Shown here one piece after another: positions 1-11,401 of a DNA stretch of 64,000 nt. This stretch comes from Eledone cirrhosa (Eukaryota). Each line of letters starts with the position of its first letter. The stretch's first letter is position 1. A model generated the notes under the pieces. It made no database searches. It was not told the DNA's origin and saw only the letters and a program-made list of their open reading frames with translations. The stretch covers positions 43,462,001-43,526,000 of the forward strand of contig OZ024757.1 in assembly GCA_964016885.1 (NCBI GenBank). The letters run 5' to 3'. The position numbers and the translations under genes are program-made.

Positions 1-951
1 TAATACAACTATCTTATTAAGATGGTATTTGGAACATAACTTAACAAAAGTTCATACATAGAATTATGTAGGCAGGTTTTTAAATAAATATAAGCACTTT
101 AATATTTCTAATGAAAGACACTGTTGGTGTTTGGAACATAACTTAAAGGTTTTTACATAGAATTTTGATGGAAGGCTTTTAGATAAATAGAAACATTGTA
201 ACCCTTTTGTTACCATCTAAACTATAATAAAGGGAGGAGCGTGGGACTGCGTACGGTTTATAATTTTTTATCCCATTAGTAAAATAAGTTGGATTACTTT
301 GAATAACTAATGAATGAATATTACATAATTTATCTACTAAATTTCCTGGCTGTTGATTAAATATATTTTGTTTATTTAAAGATTCACTTCTTTAAAATTT
401 CTGAAATGTCAACACTTCCGTTTGGCGATCGTTTAAATAAACATATTAATTTTCTGTCACTAATTTTTTCCTAATGCAGTTTATATATAATATCGTCTTT
501 TTTTAATGTATCATGGATTACGTTACTGATTACATAAGACAGTGTAACACAGTCTTCGTTCAATTTCTGTGTATATTGTCAATTACGATTTTATTTGATG
601 TATCATATCTACATGTATATATACCTGCGTATAATATCAATATACACACTACACATGCTAGCAGAAGACCACCCGAACAGTGTTTTTTTCTGCTAGCATT
701 TCTAATGAAAGACACTGTCTAAAATTTTGGATGATTTTGAAAATAATCAAGAATTTGGAGGGATTTAGTAATACAACTAACTTTCTTATTAACCCTTTCG
801 TTATCCTATTTCTAATGAAAATACACTGGGCATTACCCCCTACATCAGACACTGTCTGGTCAATGAATAAGAATGTGGTCCCTATTATTAAAACCCCCAA
901 AGAAACCCCCAACAAGATGCAACCTTATAGCAGACCAGCTAAACCTGCAAA

Positions 952-1425
952 GGTGTGAGCTGTAACAACCTGATAGAACTGGTGGTCCCTATCATTAAAA
1001 CCCTAAAAGGTGTGAGCTGTAACAACCTGATAGAACTGGTGGTCCCTATCATTAAAACCCCAAAAGGTGTGAGCTGTAACAACCTAATAGAACTGGTGGT
1101 CCCTATCATTAAAACCCTAAAAGGTGTGAGCTGTAACAACCTAATAGAACTGGTGGTCCCTATCATTAAAACCCTAAAAGGTGTGAGCTGTAACAACCTA
1201 ATAGAACTGGTGGTCCCTATCATTAAAACCCTAAAAGGTGTGAGCTGTAACAACCTAATAGAACTGGTGGTCCCTATCATTAAAACCCTAAAAGGTGTGA
1301 GCTGTAACAACCTAATAGAACTGGTGGTCCCTATCATTAAAACCCTAAAAGGTGTGAGCTGTAACAACCTAATAGAACTGGTGGTCCCTATCATTAAAAC
1401 CCTAAAAGGTGTGAGCAGTAACAAC
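952..1425. repeat. 57-bp minisatellite, ~8 copies, intronic
   Basis: Unit GGTGTGAGCTGTAACAACCTAATAGAACTGGTGGTCCCTATCATTAAAACCCTAAAA repeated almost perfectly; explains the 19-aa periodic ORFs on both strands. Confidence 0.95.
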
Positions 1426-1453
1426 AAGAGTTGCCATGAAGTGGAATACTTAC

Positions 1454-1532
1454 CTTTTTAGAAAACTCCTTTTTTTTATGACAACTGACACTTAGAGTTA
1501 CTTCCCCAGTAATTGGTTTGCCTTGTGTATAC
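1454..1532 (-). CDS. CD109-like TEP gene, coding exon 10 (YTQGKPITGEVTLSVSCHKKKEFSKK); gene continues leftwards
   Basis: Acceptor ccgcag, donor AAG|gtaagt, phase 2 to 0; YTxGKP(V/I)xG motif of the MG3 domain of A2M/TEP proteins. Confidence 0.85.
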
Positions 1533-1758
1533 CTGCGGTTGACATAAAAATAAAAAAAAATAAAAAGATATTTAGAGAATAGTTTGGAGCTGTCTGTATG
1601 TCAGGAGAAATGAGGCAAAATGGGGAGATTTTATATAATAAAAGCTATATCCATTTTCACAAGAGAAGACATCTGTCACCCGCCCCAAAGGCTATGTCAA
1701 CTCTCCCCATCTGACGGGGAGAGTTGACAGGTCTGATGTTTTGACACTCTTCTATAAA

Positions 1759-1796
1759 CCTTATGATGAAGGGAGTTTATCCCGAAATATATAAGG
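1759..1796 (+). ncRNA. Degenerate minimal hammerhead ribozyme motif
   Basis: CCTT-ATGATGA-A-GGGA gttta TCCC-GAAA-TATATA-AGG; stem II and palindromic stem III intact, C3 replaced by A. Confidence 0.55.
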
Positions 1797-2139
1797 ACTT
1801 ATAAAGAACTACAAGGTAACACCCCAACATCATTGTTATCACATTTTTAACATTTACTGTCCAATTCCTATTACTCTATCAGGTGTTCCTGTCGACAGGC
1901 TGAGGCCATGCTGGGGCACAGGTGCTAGCTTTTAAACTAAACACTATTTCGTACACTTTATATAATATTTCAAGTAAACTACAACACACACACATATATA
2001 TATATACATACATACTTACATACACACATACATAAACATAGAAGAAGACAGACAAAGAGAGAGACAGAAAGAGAAAGAGAGTCAGTCAGAGAGATAGAGA
2101 TAGAGAGAGAGATATATAGGGGGGTAATGTATCACTTAC

Positions 2140-2242
2140 CTGGCATTTACATAAATATCAATTTTCTGATTGAAAAATCTGATATCACTCAAGGAATATT
2201 GTAATTTGTCAACAATAAGATTCACTTCAAATTTAGGGAGAA
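2140..2242 (-). CDS. CD109-like TEP gene, coding exon 9 (VLPKFEVNLIVDKLQ...IYVNAR)
   Basis: Acceptor tgtgcag, donor AG|gtaagt, phase 1 to 2; completes the hallmark EYVLPKFEV motif. Confidence 0.92.
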
Positions 2243-2297
2243 CTGCACAGAAAAGAAAATATAATATATATGTGTGTGTGTGTGTACATATATATGT

Positions 2298-2450
2298 GTG
2301 GCAGTAGGAAGAGCATCCAGTCATAGAAAACTAGCCAGGAACAGTTCTATACAAGCGAGACACGGTCACCCGACCAATCTTGCCTCAAGTGGGACAACCC
2401 CATCTAACCCATGCTAGCATGGAAGATGGACATTAAACAATGATGATGAT
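2298..2450 (+). mobile_element. 3' end of an RTE-related LINE/SINE with (ATG)n tail
   Basis: GGAAGAGCATCCAG...CTAACCCATGCTAGCATGGAAG...(ATG)n, homologous to the 3' UTR at 40690-40840. Confidence 0.7.
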
Positions 2451-3319
2451 CATATATATATTTATGTAATAGTAATATTAATTGTTTCTACTTTAGGCAC
2501 AAGGCCAGTAATAGTAATATTAATGAGAGTAAATTTTAGTCATTTACTAGGTGTTTCTTTAGCCGAATGCATTGATAGGATCATACAGAGCTGTTATATA
2601 GTTACTTTGACTGTTATCAGTATTTTAATTAAACTCTGATGCCACCCATGGTGTACACTCACTAATGGCAAATTGTTGAATAAAATGATTTGCTATACAG
2701 GTACTTAAGTTGGGCTATACACCCCAACAAATTCAGACTGTTATATAAAATAAAGATGGCTACCTCTGCAGATTATTTTGAGGTTTTTAGAAAATACACG
2801 AGAGTTCTTCAAGGGCAGAAATTTTCAAATTTAGCTATAAATAAAGAAATCTTTTAGATAATTTAAGGGGAGATAACTATAAAAAAAACTATAAAAGGGG
2901 GCAGTGGCAACTTGTGGAAAGTTAGTAATTCAAAGAAATTAAATTCCTGGCAACTGAAATCAGTTAATCACGTCTACACCATCTTCTCAGAATGAATTTC
3001 AATTCATGTGGAGAGCAACTAAAACAGTCAAGGCAGGTATTTAAGCAGTATTTCTCTGAAGCCAGTTGCGAGAGTATATGCCACTTTTCCGAGTTACATA
3101 GACGGCAAAATTTTGTCCCATTAACATAGGGGATGAATTTCTAATTTACCCCATTTAATAACAGCACAGTATTTTCCATCATCATTATCACCATCACCAT
3201 CGTCATGATCATATTATCATCCCCATCACACCAACCAACCACCCAAACACCACCCCATCTATCCAACAACACCTCACCCCCACACTTCACCCAACCAACA
3301 AACAAACAACTTCACTTAC

Positions 3320-3359
3320 CGTATTCATCCACCTTGAATGTGTATTTTGTCTCTCCACT
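3320..3359 (-). CDS. CD109-like TEP gene, coding exon 8 (SGETKYTFKVDEY)
   Basis: Acceptor tttacag, donor G|gtaagt, phase 0 to 1; FxVxEY joins VLPKFEV of the next exon. Confidence 0.9.
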
Positions 3360-3655
3360 CTGTAAACAACAACACCATCATATCATTCCCATTACCATAA
3401 TTATATATAATAATAAGTATTACCCATTTACAAGTATGAAAATAGCTCAATTTAAAATAACAAGTATACTACAGAGCCGAAAGGTTTTTTAATCTTTATT
3501 GCAATTATCTGCTCCTATTCTTCATATGCTTCTTCCACCTCTTATCTTATATAAATGTTGCTACTTATGTTTATCTAACCTCCCATATTATGTACCCCAC
3601 TAATGTTCTTGTGACAAAGTGTTGATCTTTTATTTGTGTTTGTCTTTTGTGAGCA

Positions 3656-3701
3656 ACTCTGAGGAAATCCGCCCTTGTGCTAGGATGAAATGATGGTAAG
3701 T
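3656..3701 (+). ncRNA. Degenerate minimal hammerhead ribozyme motif
   Basis: ACT-CTGAGGA-a-ATCC...GGAT-GAAA-tgatgg-TA-AGT; core and stems I/II present, stem III decayed. Confidence 0.45.
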
Positions 3702-4336
3702 GATTAAATGGTTGAAAGTTTAAACACTCTTTCATTGTCATTTACATTGTATACATATATATATACATATATTAATTTATTAAAATAACAAATTAAAGTT
3801 TAAGCAAAGAATTGCTGCTTTCACCCTTAATGCGATCTTCTGAAACTAAAAAAAAAAATCAATCTGTAAATGCAGAAGTAAATATTTCGAAAAACGCTGC
3901 AACCGAAGGAAAACAGTTAGACGATACTTTGGTTCGTGAAGACATTCCCACATCAAGACGTAAATTATCTGCGTATTGTTCGTACTATCCATTAGGGTAT
4001 AATGTAGGGCTGTAATACAGGAAAGTTTTATGCAATTTGTGTTTACAAGCTGACATTGCTTCAGATCTTTTGTTTAAGATGTGATCAGGTTTAAGATGTA
4101 AATATTTGCTCTAGGGTTCTTATATATTTGATATATATTTATCCTTATCAAGCCCTCTTTGGATTTCAATCTTCACATTTATTATTATTACTATATAATA
4201 TATATAAATATACACACAAACACATATATGTATATATATGTATGTATGTGTGTGTGTAAGTTATAGAAACTCACATATACACCTCCCTCTCACATACCTA
4301 CCCACTATAATATATATCACAGGTGAGATAACTTAC

Positions 4337-4410
4337 CTGGCTATTTGCTAGAAGGAACCAGCTACCCAGAGGAGGGTGGCTGGAGATTTCAAATTCTCCG
4401 CCATAAACAC
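4337..4410 (-). CDS. CD109-like TEP gene, coding exon 7 (GVYGGEFEISSHPPLGSWFLLANSQ)
   Basis: Acceptor ctcccag, donor CAG|gtaagt, phase 1 to 0; FxLSxxPxLGxW motif of MG2. Confidence 0.92.
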
Positions 4411-4646
4411 CTGGGAGGAAGAGAAATTATCACACCTGTAATATATATATAAACAACAAAAACAACAACATTTAAACCCTTTTGACACCAATTTGCTACT
4501 GATTGAATAATACAACCTTTGTTAAGTTATGATTCAAACATCAACTTAATTATGACAAAGTTATATTATATTAACTAAATTCTAAACAGTGCCTTTCATT
4601 AGAAATCTGGTAAAAAATTACTATTGTGAAATAAGCAAAAATAGCT

Positions 4647-4910
4647 GTCAAGTTAAGCCTGTCCTGAGAGGTGTGACCACCAATAAGACTGTCTGAGTCA
4701 GAAGTAAAGCTAGATGTCAAGTTAAGCCTGTCCTGAGAGGTGTGACCACCAATAAGACTGTCTGAGTCAGAAGTAAAGCTAGATGTCAAGTTAAGCCTGT
4801 CCTGAGAGTACTGACCACCAATAAGACTGTCTGAGTCAGAAGTAAAGCTAGATGTCAAGTTAAGCCTGTCCTGAGAGGTGTGACCACCAATAAAACTGAG
4901 TCAGAAGTCA
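4647..4910. repeat. 69-bp minisatellite, ~3.8 copies, intronic
   Basis: Unit TGTCAAGTTAAGCCTGTCCTGAGAGGTGTGACCACCAATAAGACTGTCTGAGTCAGAAGTAAAGCTAGA. Confidence 0.93.
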
Positions 4911-5188
4911 TTCACTGTAGACAAAAGATGTAATATATAGCATAACCATAGATGGGGTGGCTGAGGTCACAGTCATGTGACTGTGTGCTTTGTCAGACAT
5001 GTAGGTGTTTTAAGAAGCATCTCGGATGTTCTATTATGTAGTGAGAATAGATGTGGGAGGGGAGAGAGGGTGGCACTTAAGTGGGTATTTAATTATAATG
5101 ACAATTGAATGAGGTGGAGGGGGGGGGGGAGACAGGTTCAATCCTGAGCAAAATATGAGTCCAGAAAATATTTTGAATTCAGCACACA

Positions 5189-5294
5189 GACTTACCTTTG
5201 TAGTAAGAGAGACATTTTGTAGGGACTTACCTTTGTAGGGAGAGAGACATTTTGTAGGGACTTACCTTTGTTGGGAGTCAAAGACATGTTGTAG
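5189..5294. repeat. 35-bp tandem triplication of the exon 6 3' end plus splice donor
   Basis: GACTTACCTTTG recurs at 35-bp spacing (donor GT at 5264-5265, 5229-5230, 5194-5195). Confidence 0.85.
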
Positions 5295-5314
5295 ATGAGG
5301 TTGGAGTTTTTATC
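5266..5314 (-). CDS. CD109-like TEP gene, coding exon 6 (DKNSNLIYNMSLTPNK)
   Basis: Acceptor actgcag, donor AAG|gtaagt, phase 0 to 1; occupies the DPxGNxI position of MG2. Confidence 0.85.
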
Positions 5315-5546
5315 CTGCAGTTGATGAGACGAGACAGAGAAAAGAGAGAGTTGAAAGAACAGAGAGTTGAAAGAACAACACAAAGAAAACATTTTGGTTG
5401 TAAGTGTAATTTGGTGTAAGTGTAGTGTGGTGTGGTGCGGTGTAAGTGTAGTGTGTAAGTGTGGTGTAAGTGTGGTCTGGTCTAAATGTAGTGTGGTGTG
5501 GTGTAGTGTGTAAGTGTTGTGTGTAAGTATAATGTGGTGTGTGGTG

Positions 5547-8015
5547 CGCCAGAAAAGGATCGACATCTCGCGACTCAAGCTCGATGCTGGAAATGCTTTC
5601 TGGCTAGAGCTGCGAAACCGATTCCAAATGCTGAGTAACGAAGTGGAACAGCAACCGGAGCAGGAGTGGGATGCGGTCAGGGCGGCGACGGTTGAGGTGG
5701 CCAGGGAGCATCTCAGGTCAACCCGAAGACGCCATCGGGACTGGATCTCCAGCGGCACTCTTGAACTCGTGGAGAGGGCGAGAATGGCCCGACTCGAGGG
5801 TGCATCCAATCTTTGAGATCTCCGACGTCGCACATCTCGGGCTATTCGGGCCAATCGGAATGCACACTGGCGCAAGTTTGCGGAGCAGACGGAGGGGGCA
5901 GCAGCCTGTGGTGACTCGCACAAGCTCTACCAACTGGTGAAGCGGGCCAGCCGAAGCAGTACGGGTATCAGCCAGACGATCCGTGATCGGAACGGGGCGG
6001 TCATTACCAATCTTAATGACCGGCTAGTCCGATGGCAGGACCATTTTTCCAAGCTGCTCAACCACCCGCCCCCATCCACACCAACCTACGTGCAGCCTTC
6101 CGGAGAAGTATACGGATGCAGCATTTCCTCTCCAACGGTCGAGGAGGTACATGGTGTCCTGACACATCTCCGGAACAACAAGGCGCCGGGCGAGGATGGC
6201 GTTCCAGCTGAGGTCTACAAGGCCGAGCCTGATGTCTTCGCAGCTTGGCTCCATCGAGTCTTCTCCTCGGTGTGGGCGACGGAGCAGTTCCCTGGTGACT
6301 GGAGTGAGGCAACTCTCCTACCCTTCTTCAAAAAGGGCGACAGGAAACTGTTCCAACTACAGGGGTATCACTTTAATTGACGTTGCTGCCAAGACCTTCG
6401 CAATTCTTCTGCTAAAGAGGTTCCAGGCCATCTGTGATGTCCGTACCCGTCCTTCTCAGGGTGGCTTCCATCCGGGGAGGGGGTGCGTTGATCAAATCTT
6501 CATTCTCTGGCGTGTCCTGGAACAACAGTGGGCACATCAACGGCCTACCGTCCTCTGCTTCATCGACTTTGCAGCTACCTTCGACTCGGTAGATCGGGAA
6601 GCCCTATGGCGTATATTGCAGGCGGACGGCATCCCAGTGAAGCTGCTTTATCTCATACAGGGCTACTACCGGTCGACTCGGGCTTGAGTGAGGGTCTATG
6701 GTGGGGAGACGGAGTCGTTCGATGTTGGGACCGGTGTTTGGCAGGGGTGTGCGCTATCGCCAACTCTCTTTAACTACACCATTATTACACTCTCAACACA
6801 GCGCTCCGGGATTACCTGGGCGTAGAGGTCGGGAGAGGGGTCGTGGTGACGGACCTGGCCTACGCGGATGACATTGTACTGATGGGCGCTAACGGGACAG
6901 ATATACAAGGTGCTCTCGAAAGGGTGCACACTGCAGCCGCCGCTGTTGGTCTACGAATCAATGCCGCCAAGTCGAAGGTCATGACGTCACTGGTCTCACC
7001 TGATGCCTGGCAGCCAATATCTCTTGAGGGCGTGGACCTGGGGGATGTGGAGTCCTTCATTTACCTGGGCTCAACAGTGGTTCCAACGGGACAGGGCGCA
7101 GCCGAGGTCAAGCGTTGCATAGGTGCTGCCAGATCCGCTGTGGGACAGAAGAGAGATCACCTCGGCGACCAAAGGGCAAATCTACCAGGCCGTCGTTCGA
7201 AGTATCCTCCTCTATGGCTGTGAAACATGGCCTATGAGGGTAGTCGATCAACGAGGGCCGGAGGTCTTCGACAATGACTGTCTCCGCTGCATTCTTCGCT
7301 GCCGACGCGTTGGTCGGGTACCTACCACCAGTCTTCATCTTTGCCTGAATCTTCGACCCCTTCCTTCAGTGCTTCTGCAACGGCACTTGAGATGGTTTGG
7401 TCACGCAGCCCGGCGTCCTGAGGGTGAGCTGATCCGCGATGTTCTCCTCCCACCTCCACTCCCTAACTGGCGCAAGCACGTTGGCGGGCAGCTAAAGACC
7501 TGGGCAACGACGATCAAGGAGGACCTCTCCTCCGAACTCTCAGGTCCGCAGGTGGTCGGCCTGCGCCGATGGAACCGTGACTGGCTCGCTATCTCCAGTG
7601 ACCTAGCCCGGGATCGTCGGGCGTGGGCTGCCATGGTTCGGGGTGCCGTCAGGACAAGGGGTGGGCTGCCATGGTTCGGGGTGCCGTCAGGACAAGGGGT
7701 GGGCTGCCATGGTTCGGGGTGCCGTCAGGACAAGGGGTGGGCTGCCATGGTTCGGGGTGCCGTCAGGACAAGGGGTGGGCTGCCATGGTTCGGGGTGCCG
7801 TCAGGACAAGGGGTGGGCTGCCATGGTTCGGGGTGCCGTCAGGACAAGGGGTGGGCTGCCATGGTTCGGGGTGCCGTCAGGACAAGGGGTGGGCTGCCAT
7901 GGTTCGGGGTGCCGTCAGGACAAGGGGTGGGCTGCCATGGTTGGGGGTGCCGTCAGGACAAGGGAAGAAGCCGGCTCAACCCGTCCAGGGTGAATGTCGA
8001 CACAAGTACAAGTAA
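5547..8015 (+). mobile_element. 5'-truncated, frameshifted RTE-clade LINE inserted in a (GTGTG/GTGTA)n microsatellite
   Basis: RT motifs KAPGEDG, NYRGITL, FIDFAATFD, YADDIVL, FIYLGS and RTE C-terminus LLYGCETW/LRWFGH over several frames; CAAGTA-repeat tail; pentamer repeats on both flanks (5400-5546, 8016-8465). Confidence 0.92.
7623..7963. repeat. GC-rich 38-bp tandem repeat, ~9 copies, inside the RTE 3' end
   Basis: Unit GTGGGCTGCCATGGTTCGGGGTGCCGTCAGGACAAGGG. Confidence 0.95.
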
Positions 8016-8513
8016 GTGAGTGTAGTGTGGTGTGGTGTAAGTGTGGTGTGTGGTGTAGTGTAAGTGTAAGTGTAGTGACAGTGTAGTGTATTTCTGGTGT
8101 GGTGTGGTGTGGTGGAAGTGTGGTGTAAGTGTGGTGTAGTGTAAATGCGGTGTAGTGTAGTGTGGTGTGGTGTAGTGTAGTATGGTGTGGTGTGGTGTGG
8201 TGTGGTGTGGTGTGGTGTGGTGTGTGGTGTGTGGCGTGGCGTGGCGTGGTGTGGTGTGGTGTGGTGTGCTGTGCTGTGGTGTGGTGTGGTGTGGTGTGAT
8301 GTGGTGTGGTGTGGTGTAGTGTAGTATGGTGTGTGTGTTATGTGGCGTGGTGTGGTGTGGTGTGGTGTGGTGTGTGGTGTGTGGTGTGGTGTGGTGTGGT
8401 GTGCTGTGCTGTGCTGTGGTGTGGTGTGGTGTGGTGTGGTGTGCTGTGGTGTGGTGTGGTGTGTGGGAACGGTAACAACAGTAGTATAGATAGTAGCACA
8501 GTAGCGTCCTTAC

Positions 8514-8587
8514 ATAAACTCTCACAGTTATCGGATCATTCCGGAGAAGAAGATTCTTTTCATCAAGGCTGAATACTCTGAGTTTTA
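8514..8587 (-). CDS. CD109-like TEP gene, coding exon 5 (VKLRVFSLDEKNLLLRNDPITVRVY)
   Basis: Acceptor ctttccag, donor TAT|gtaagg (an in-frame alternative donor gtgaga lies 12 nt upstream), phase 1 to 0; continues PGET-VKLRVFSLD. Confidence 0.87.
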
Positions 8588-8610
8588 CTGGAAAGAGAGA
8601 GGAGAAAGTT

Positions 8611-9265
8611 AGGGTGGTAGTAGAAGTGGTGGGGGTATAGGTGCTAGTACACACATGTACACAGGGTGGTAGTAGAAGTGGTGGGGGTATAGGTGCTAGT
8701 ACACACATGTACACAGGGTGGTAGTAGAAGTGGTGGAGGTATAGGTGCTAGTACACACATGTACACAGGGTGGTAGTAGAAGTGGTGGAGGTATAGGTGC
8801 TAGTACACACATGTACACAGGGTGGTAGTAGAAGTGGTGGAGGTATAGGTGCTAGTACACACATGTACACAGGGTGGTAGTAGAAGTGGTGGAGGTATAG
8901 GTGCTAGTACACACATGTACACAGGGTGGTAGTAGAAGTGGTGGGGGTATAGGTGCTAGTACACACATGTACACAGGGTGGTAGTAGAAGTGGTGGAGGT
9001 ATAGGTGCTAGTACACACATGTACACAGGGTGGTAGTAGAAGTGGTGGAGGTATAGGTGCTAGTATACACATGTACACAGGGTGGTAGTAGAAGTGGTGG
9101 GGGTATAGGTGCTAGTACACACATGTACACAGGGTGGTAGTAGAAGTGGTGGAGGTATAGGTGCTAGTACACACATGTACACAGGGTGGTAGTAGAAGTG
9201 GTGGGGGTATAGGTGCTAGTACACACATGTACACAGGGTGGTAGTAGAAGTGGTGGGGGTATAGG
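8611..9265. repeat. 52-bp minisatellite, ~12.5 copies, next to the exon 5 acceptor
   Basis: Unit AGGGTGGTAGTAGAAGTGGTGG(A/G)GGTATAGGTGCTAGTACACACATGTACAC. Confidence 0.95.
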
Positions 9266-9344
9266 CTGTAGTACATATTTCCATGACGACAGTGGCCACG
9301 TGATTTCACATAATCAGTCTTGTCGTCTCATTGGCTGTAATCGC

Positions 9345-9517
9345 TAGGGGGTTGGACACCATGCTTCGCAGCATAGAGTTACGCCCCTTTATGGTCTGAG
9401 TTCAAATCCCGACGAACTTAACTCTGCCTTTCATCCTTACGGGGTCGATAAAATAAAGTACCAGTAATGCACTGGGGTAATTACTGGCCTTGTGCCAAAA
9501 AGTAGACACAATTATTA
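9345..9517 (+). mobile_element. tRNA-derived SINE with Nin/Deu-like central domain
   Basis: B-box GAGTTCAAATCCC followed by GCCTTTCATCCTTACGGGGTCGATAAAATAAAGTACCAGT; same family as 11018-11208. Confidence 0.8.
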
Positions 9518-9634
9518 TGTAATACGGTGACTTTCTCGAGGCAATCCAAACTAAAACAGCAACGGATCGGACAAAGATGTTTTTGAAGCCTATAATAAGT
9601 GTGTATATATATATAAGTGTGTGTATATATATAA

Positions 9635-9665
<31 letters not shown>

Positions 9666-9749
9666 GTATTAAGGATACTATTTATGGTTATGTATATAAT
9701 AAAACCTTTTATGGTTATATATATTTTAAACTCTAAATAGTGAAAGACA

Positions 9750-10833
9750 GTAATTCACTACTATCTTATTACCAGTAAGATAAATAGCTCCATGTAACGA
9801 CACCAGTTGTTCTACAGAGCAGTTATTCTCTACTATCTTATTACCAGTAAGATAAATAGCTCAATGTAACGACACCAGTTGTTCTACAGAGCAGTTATTC
9901 TCTACTATCTTATTACCAGTAAGATAAATAGCTCAATGTAATGACACCAGTTGTTCTACAGAGCAGTAATTCTCTACTATCTTATTACCAGTAAGATAAA
10001 TAGCTCAATGTAATGACACCAGTTGTTCTACAGAGCAGTAATTCTCTACTATCTTATTACCAGTAAGATAAATAGCTCAATGTAACGACACCAGTTGTTT
10101 TACAGAGCAGTAATTCTCTACTATCTTATTACCAGTAAGATAAATAGCTCAATGTAACGACACCAGTTGTTCTACAGAGCAGTTATTCTCTACTATCTTA
10201 TTACCAGTAAGATAAATAGCTCCATGTAATGACACCAGTTGTTTTACAGAGCAGTAATTCTCTACTATCTTATTACCAGTAAGATAAATAGCTCCATGTA
10301 ACGACACCAGTTGTTCTACAGAGCAGTTATTCTCTACTATCTTATTACCAGTAAGATAAATAGCTCAATGTAATGACACCAGTTGTTCTACAGAGCAGTA
10401 ATTCTCTACTATCTTATTACCAGTAAGATAAATAGCTCAATGTAATGACACCAGTTGTTTTACAGAGCAGTTATTCTCTACTATCTTATTACCAGTAAGA
10501 TAAATAGCTCAATGTAACGACACCAGTTGTTCTACAGAGCAGTAATTCTCTACTATCTTATTACCAGTAAGATAAATAGCTCAATGTAATGACACCAGTT
10601 GTTTTACAGAGCAGTAATTCTCTACTATCTTATTACCAGTAAGATAAATAGCTCCATGTAACGACACCAGTTGTTCTACAGAGCAGTAATTCTCTACTAT
10701 CTTATTACCAGTAAGATAAATAGCTCAATGTAATGACACCAGTTGTTCTACAGAGCAGTAATTCTCTACTATCTTATTACCAGTAAGATAAATAGCTCAA
10801 TGTAATGACACCAGTTGTTTTACAGAGCAGTTA
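9750..10833. repeat. 72-bp minisatellite, ~15 copies
   Basis: Unit CTACTATCTTATTACCAGTAAGATAAATAGCTCAATGTAACGACACCAGTTGTTCTACAGAGCAGTAATTCT with four dimorphic sites. Confidence 0.96.
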
Positions 10834-10914
10834 TATAGAAATTACATGAATCAAAGTTCAGTTTAAATCATTTATTTGCTTACAATTGTTTCTTCCAAAT
10901 CGTACATATATATA

Positions 10915-10965
<51 letters not shown>

Positions 10966-11017
10966 GTGTATATATATATGTGTGTGTGTGTATATGATAT
11001 TATTACCTGTCTCTCCA

Positions 11018-11208
11018 CAAAGGGCGGTGGATTGGCAGTATCGGTAGAGGGTCAGACGTCATGCTTTGACGCATGGAGTTACGGCCCTTTTCATTCTGAG
11101 TTCAAATCCCGCCGAGGTCAACTTTGCCTTTCATCCTTACGGGGTCGATAAAATAAAGTACCAGTAATGTACTGTTTAATTGCTGGCCTTGTGCCAAAAG
11201 TAGAAATA
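11018..11208 (+). mobile_element. Full-length tRNA-derived Nin/Deu-type SINE with 19-bp TSD
   Basis: A-box-like TGGCAGTATCGG, B-box GAGTTCAAATCCC; flanked by ATTATTACCTGTCTCTCCA at 10999-11017 and 11209-11227. Confidence 0.88.
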
Positions 11209-11216
11209 ATTATTAC

Positions 11217-11370
11217 CTGTCTCTCCAGGTTTGTAGACTGGCTTATCAGTCTGTACGACAATCAGGCTTCGTTCTGGTATCAAATTAACTCTGAACTTGT
11301 TGACGAACTGTACTCCACCTTTACCATGTCCTTCCAGAGTATAAGACTTCTGGTCAATGGCATTGGCTTT
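11217..11370 (-). CDS. CD109-like TEP gene, coding exon 4 (KANAIDQKSY...IVVQTDKPVYKPGET)
   Basis: Acceptor tcttcag, donor CAG|gtaata, phase 0 to 1; diagnostic QTDKPxYKPG motif of A2M/C3/CD109 family. Confidence 0.95.
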
Positions 11371-11401
11371 CTGAAGAAAACACAAACATATATATATATA
11401 A

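Noticed and set aside
1-900. Further TEP exon left of 1454
   Set aside because: No segment with convincing splice sites and family similarity found by eye
939-1461. Periodic 19-aa ORFs on both strands
   Set aside because: By-product of a 57-bp intronic minisatellite; no splice or homology support
8611-10833. CRISPR-like regular arrays
   Set aside because: No unique spacers, no cas genes, eukaryotic intron
11030-11112. tRNA gene suggested by A and B boxes
   Set aside because: Head of a SINE with TSD and several copies; no cloverleaf
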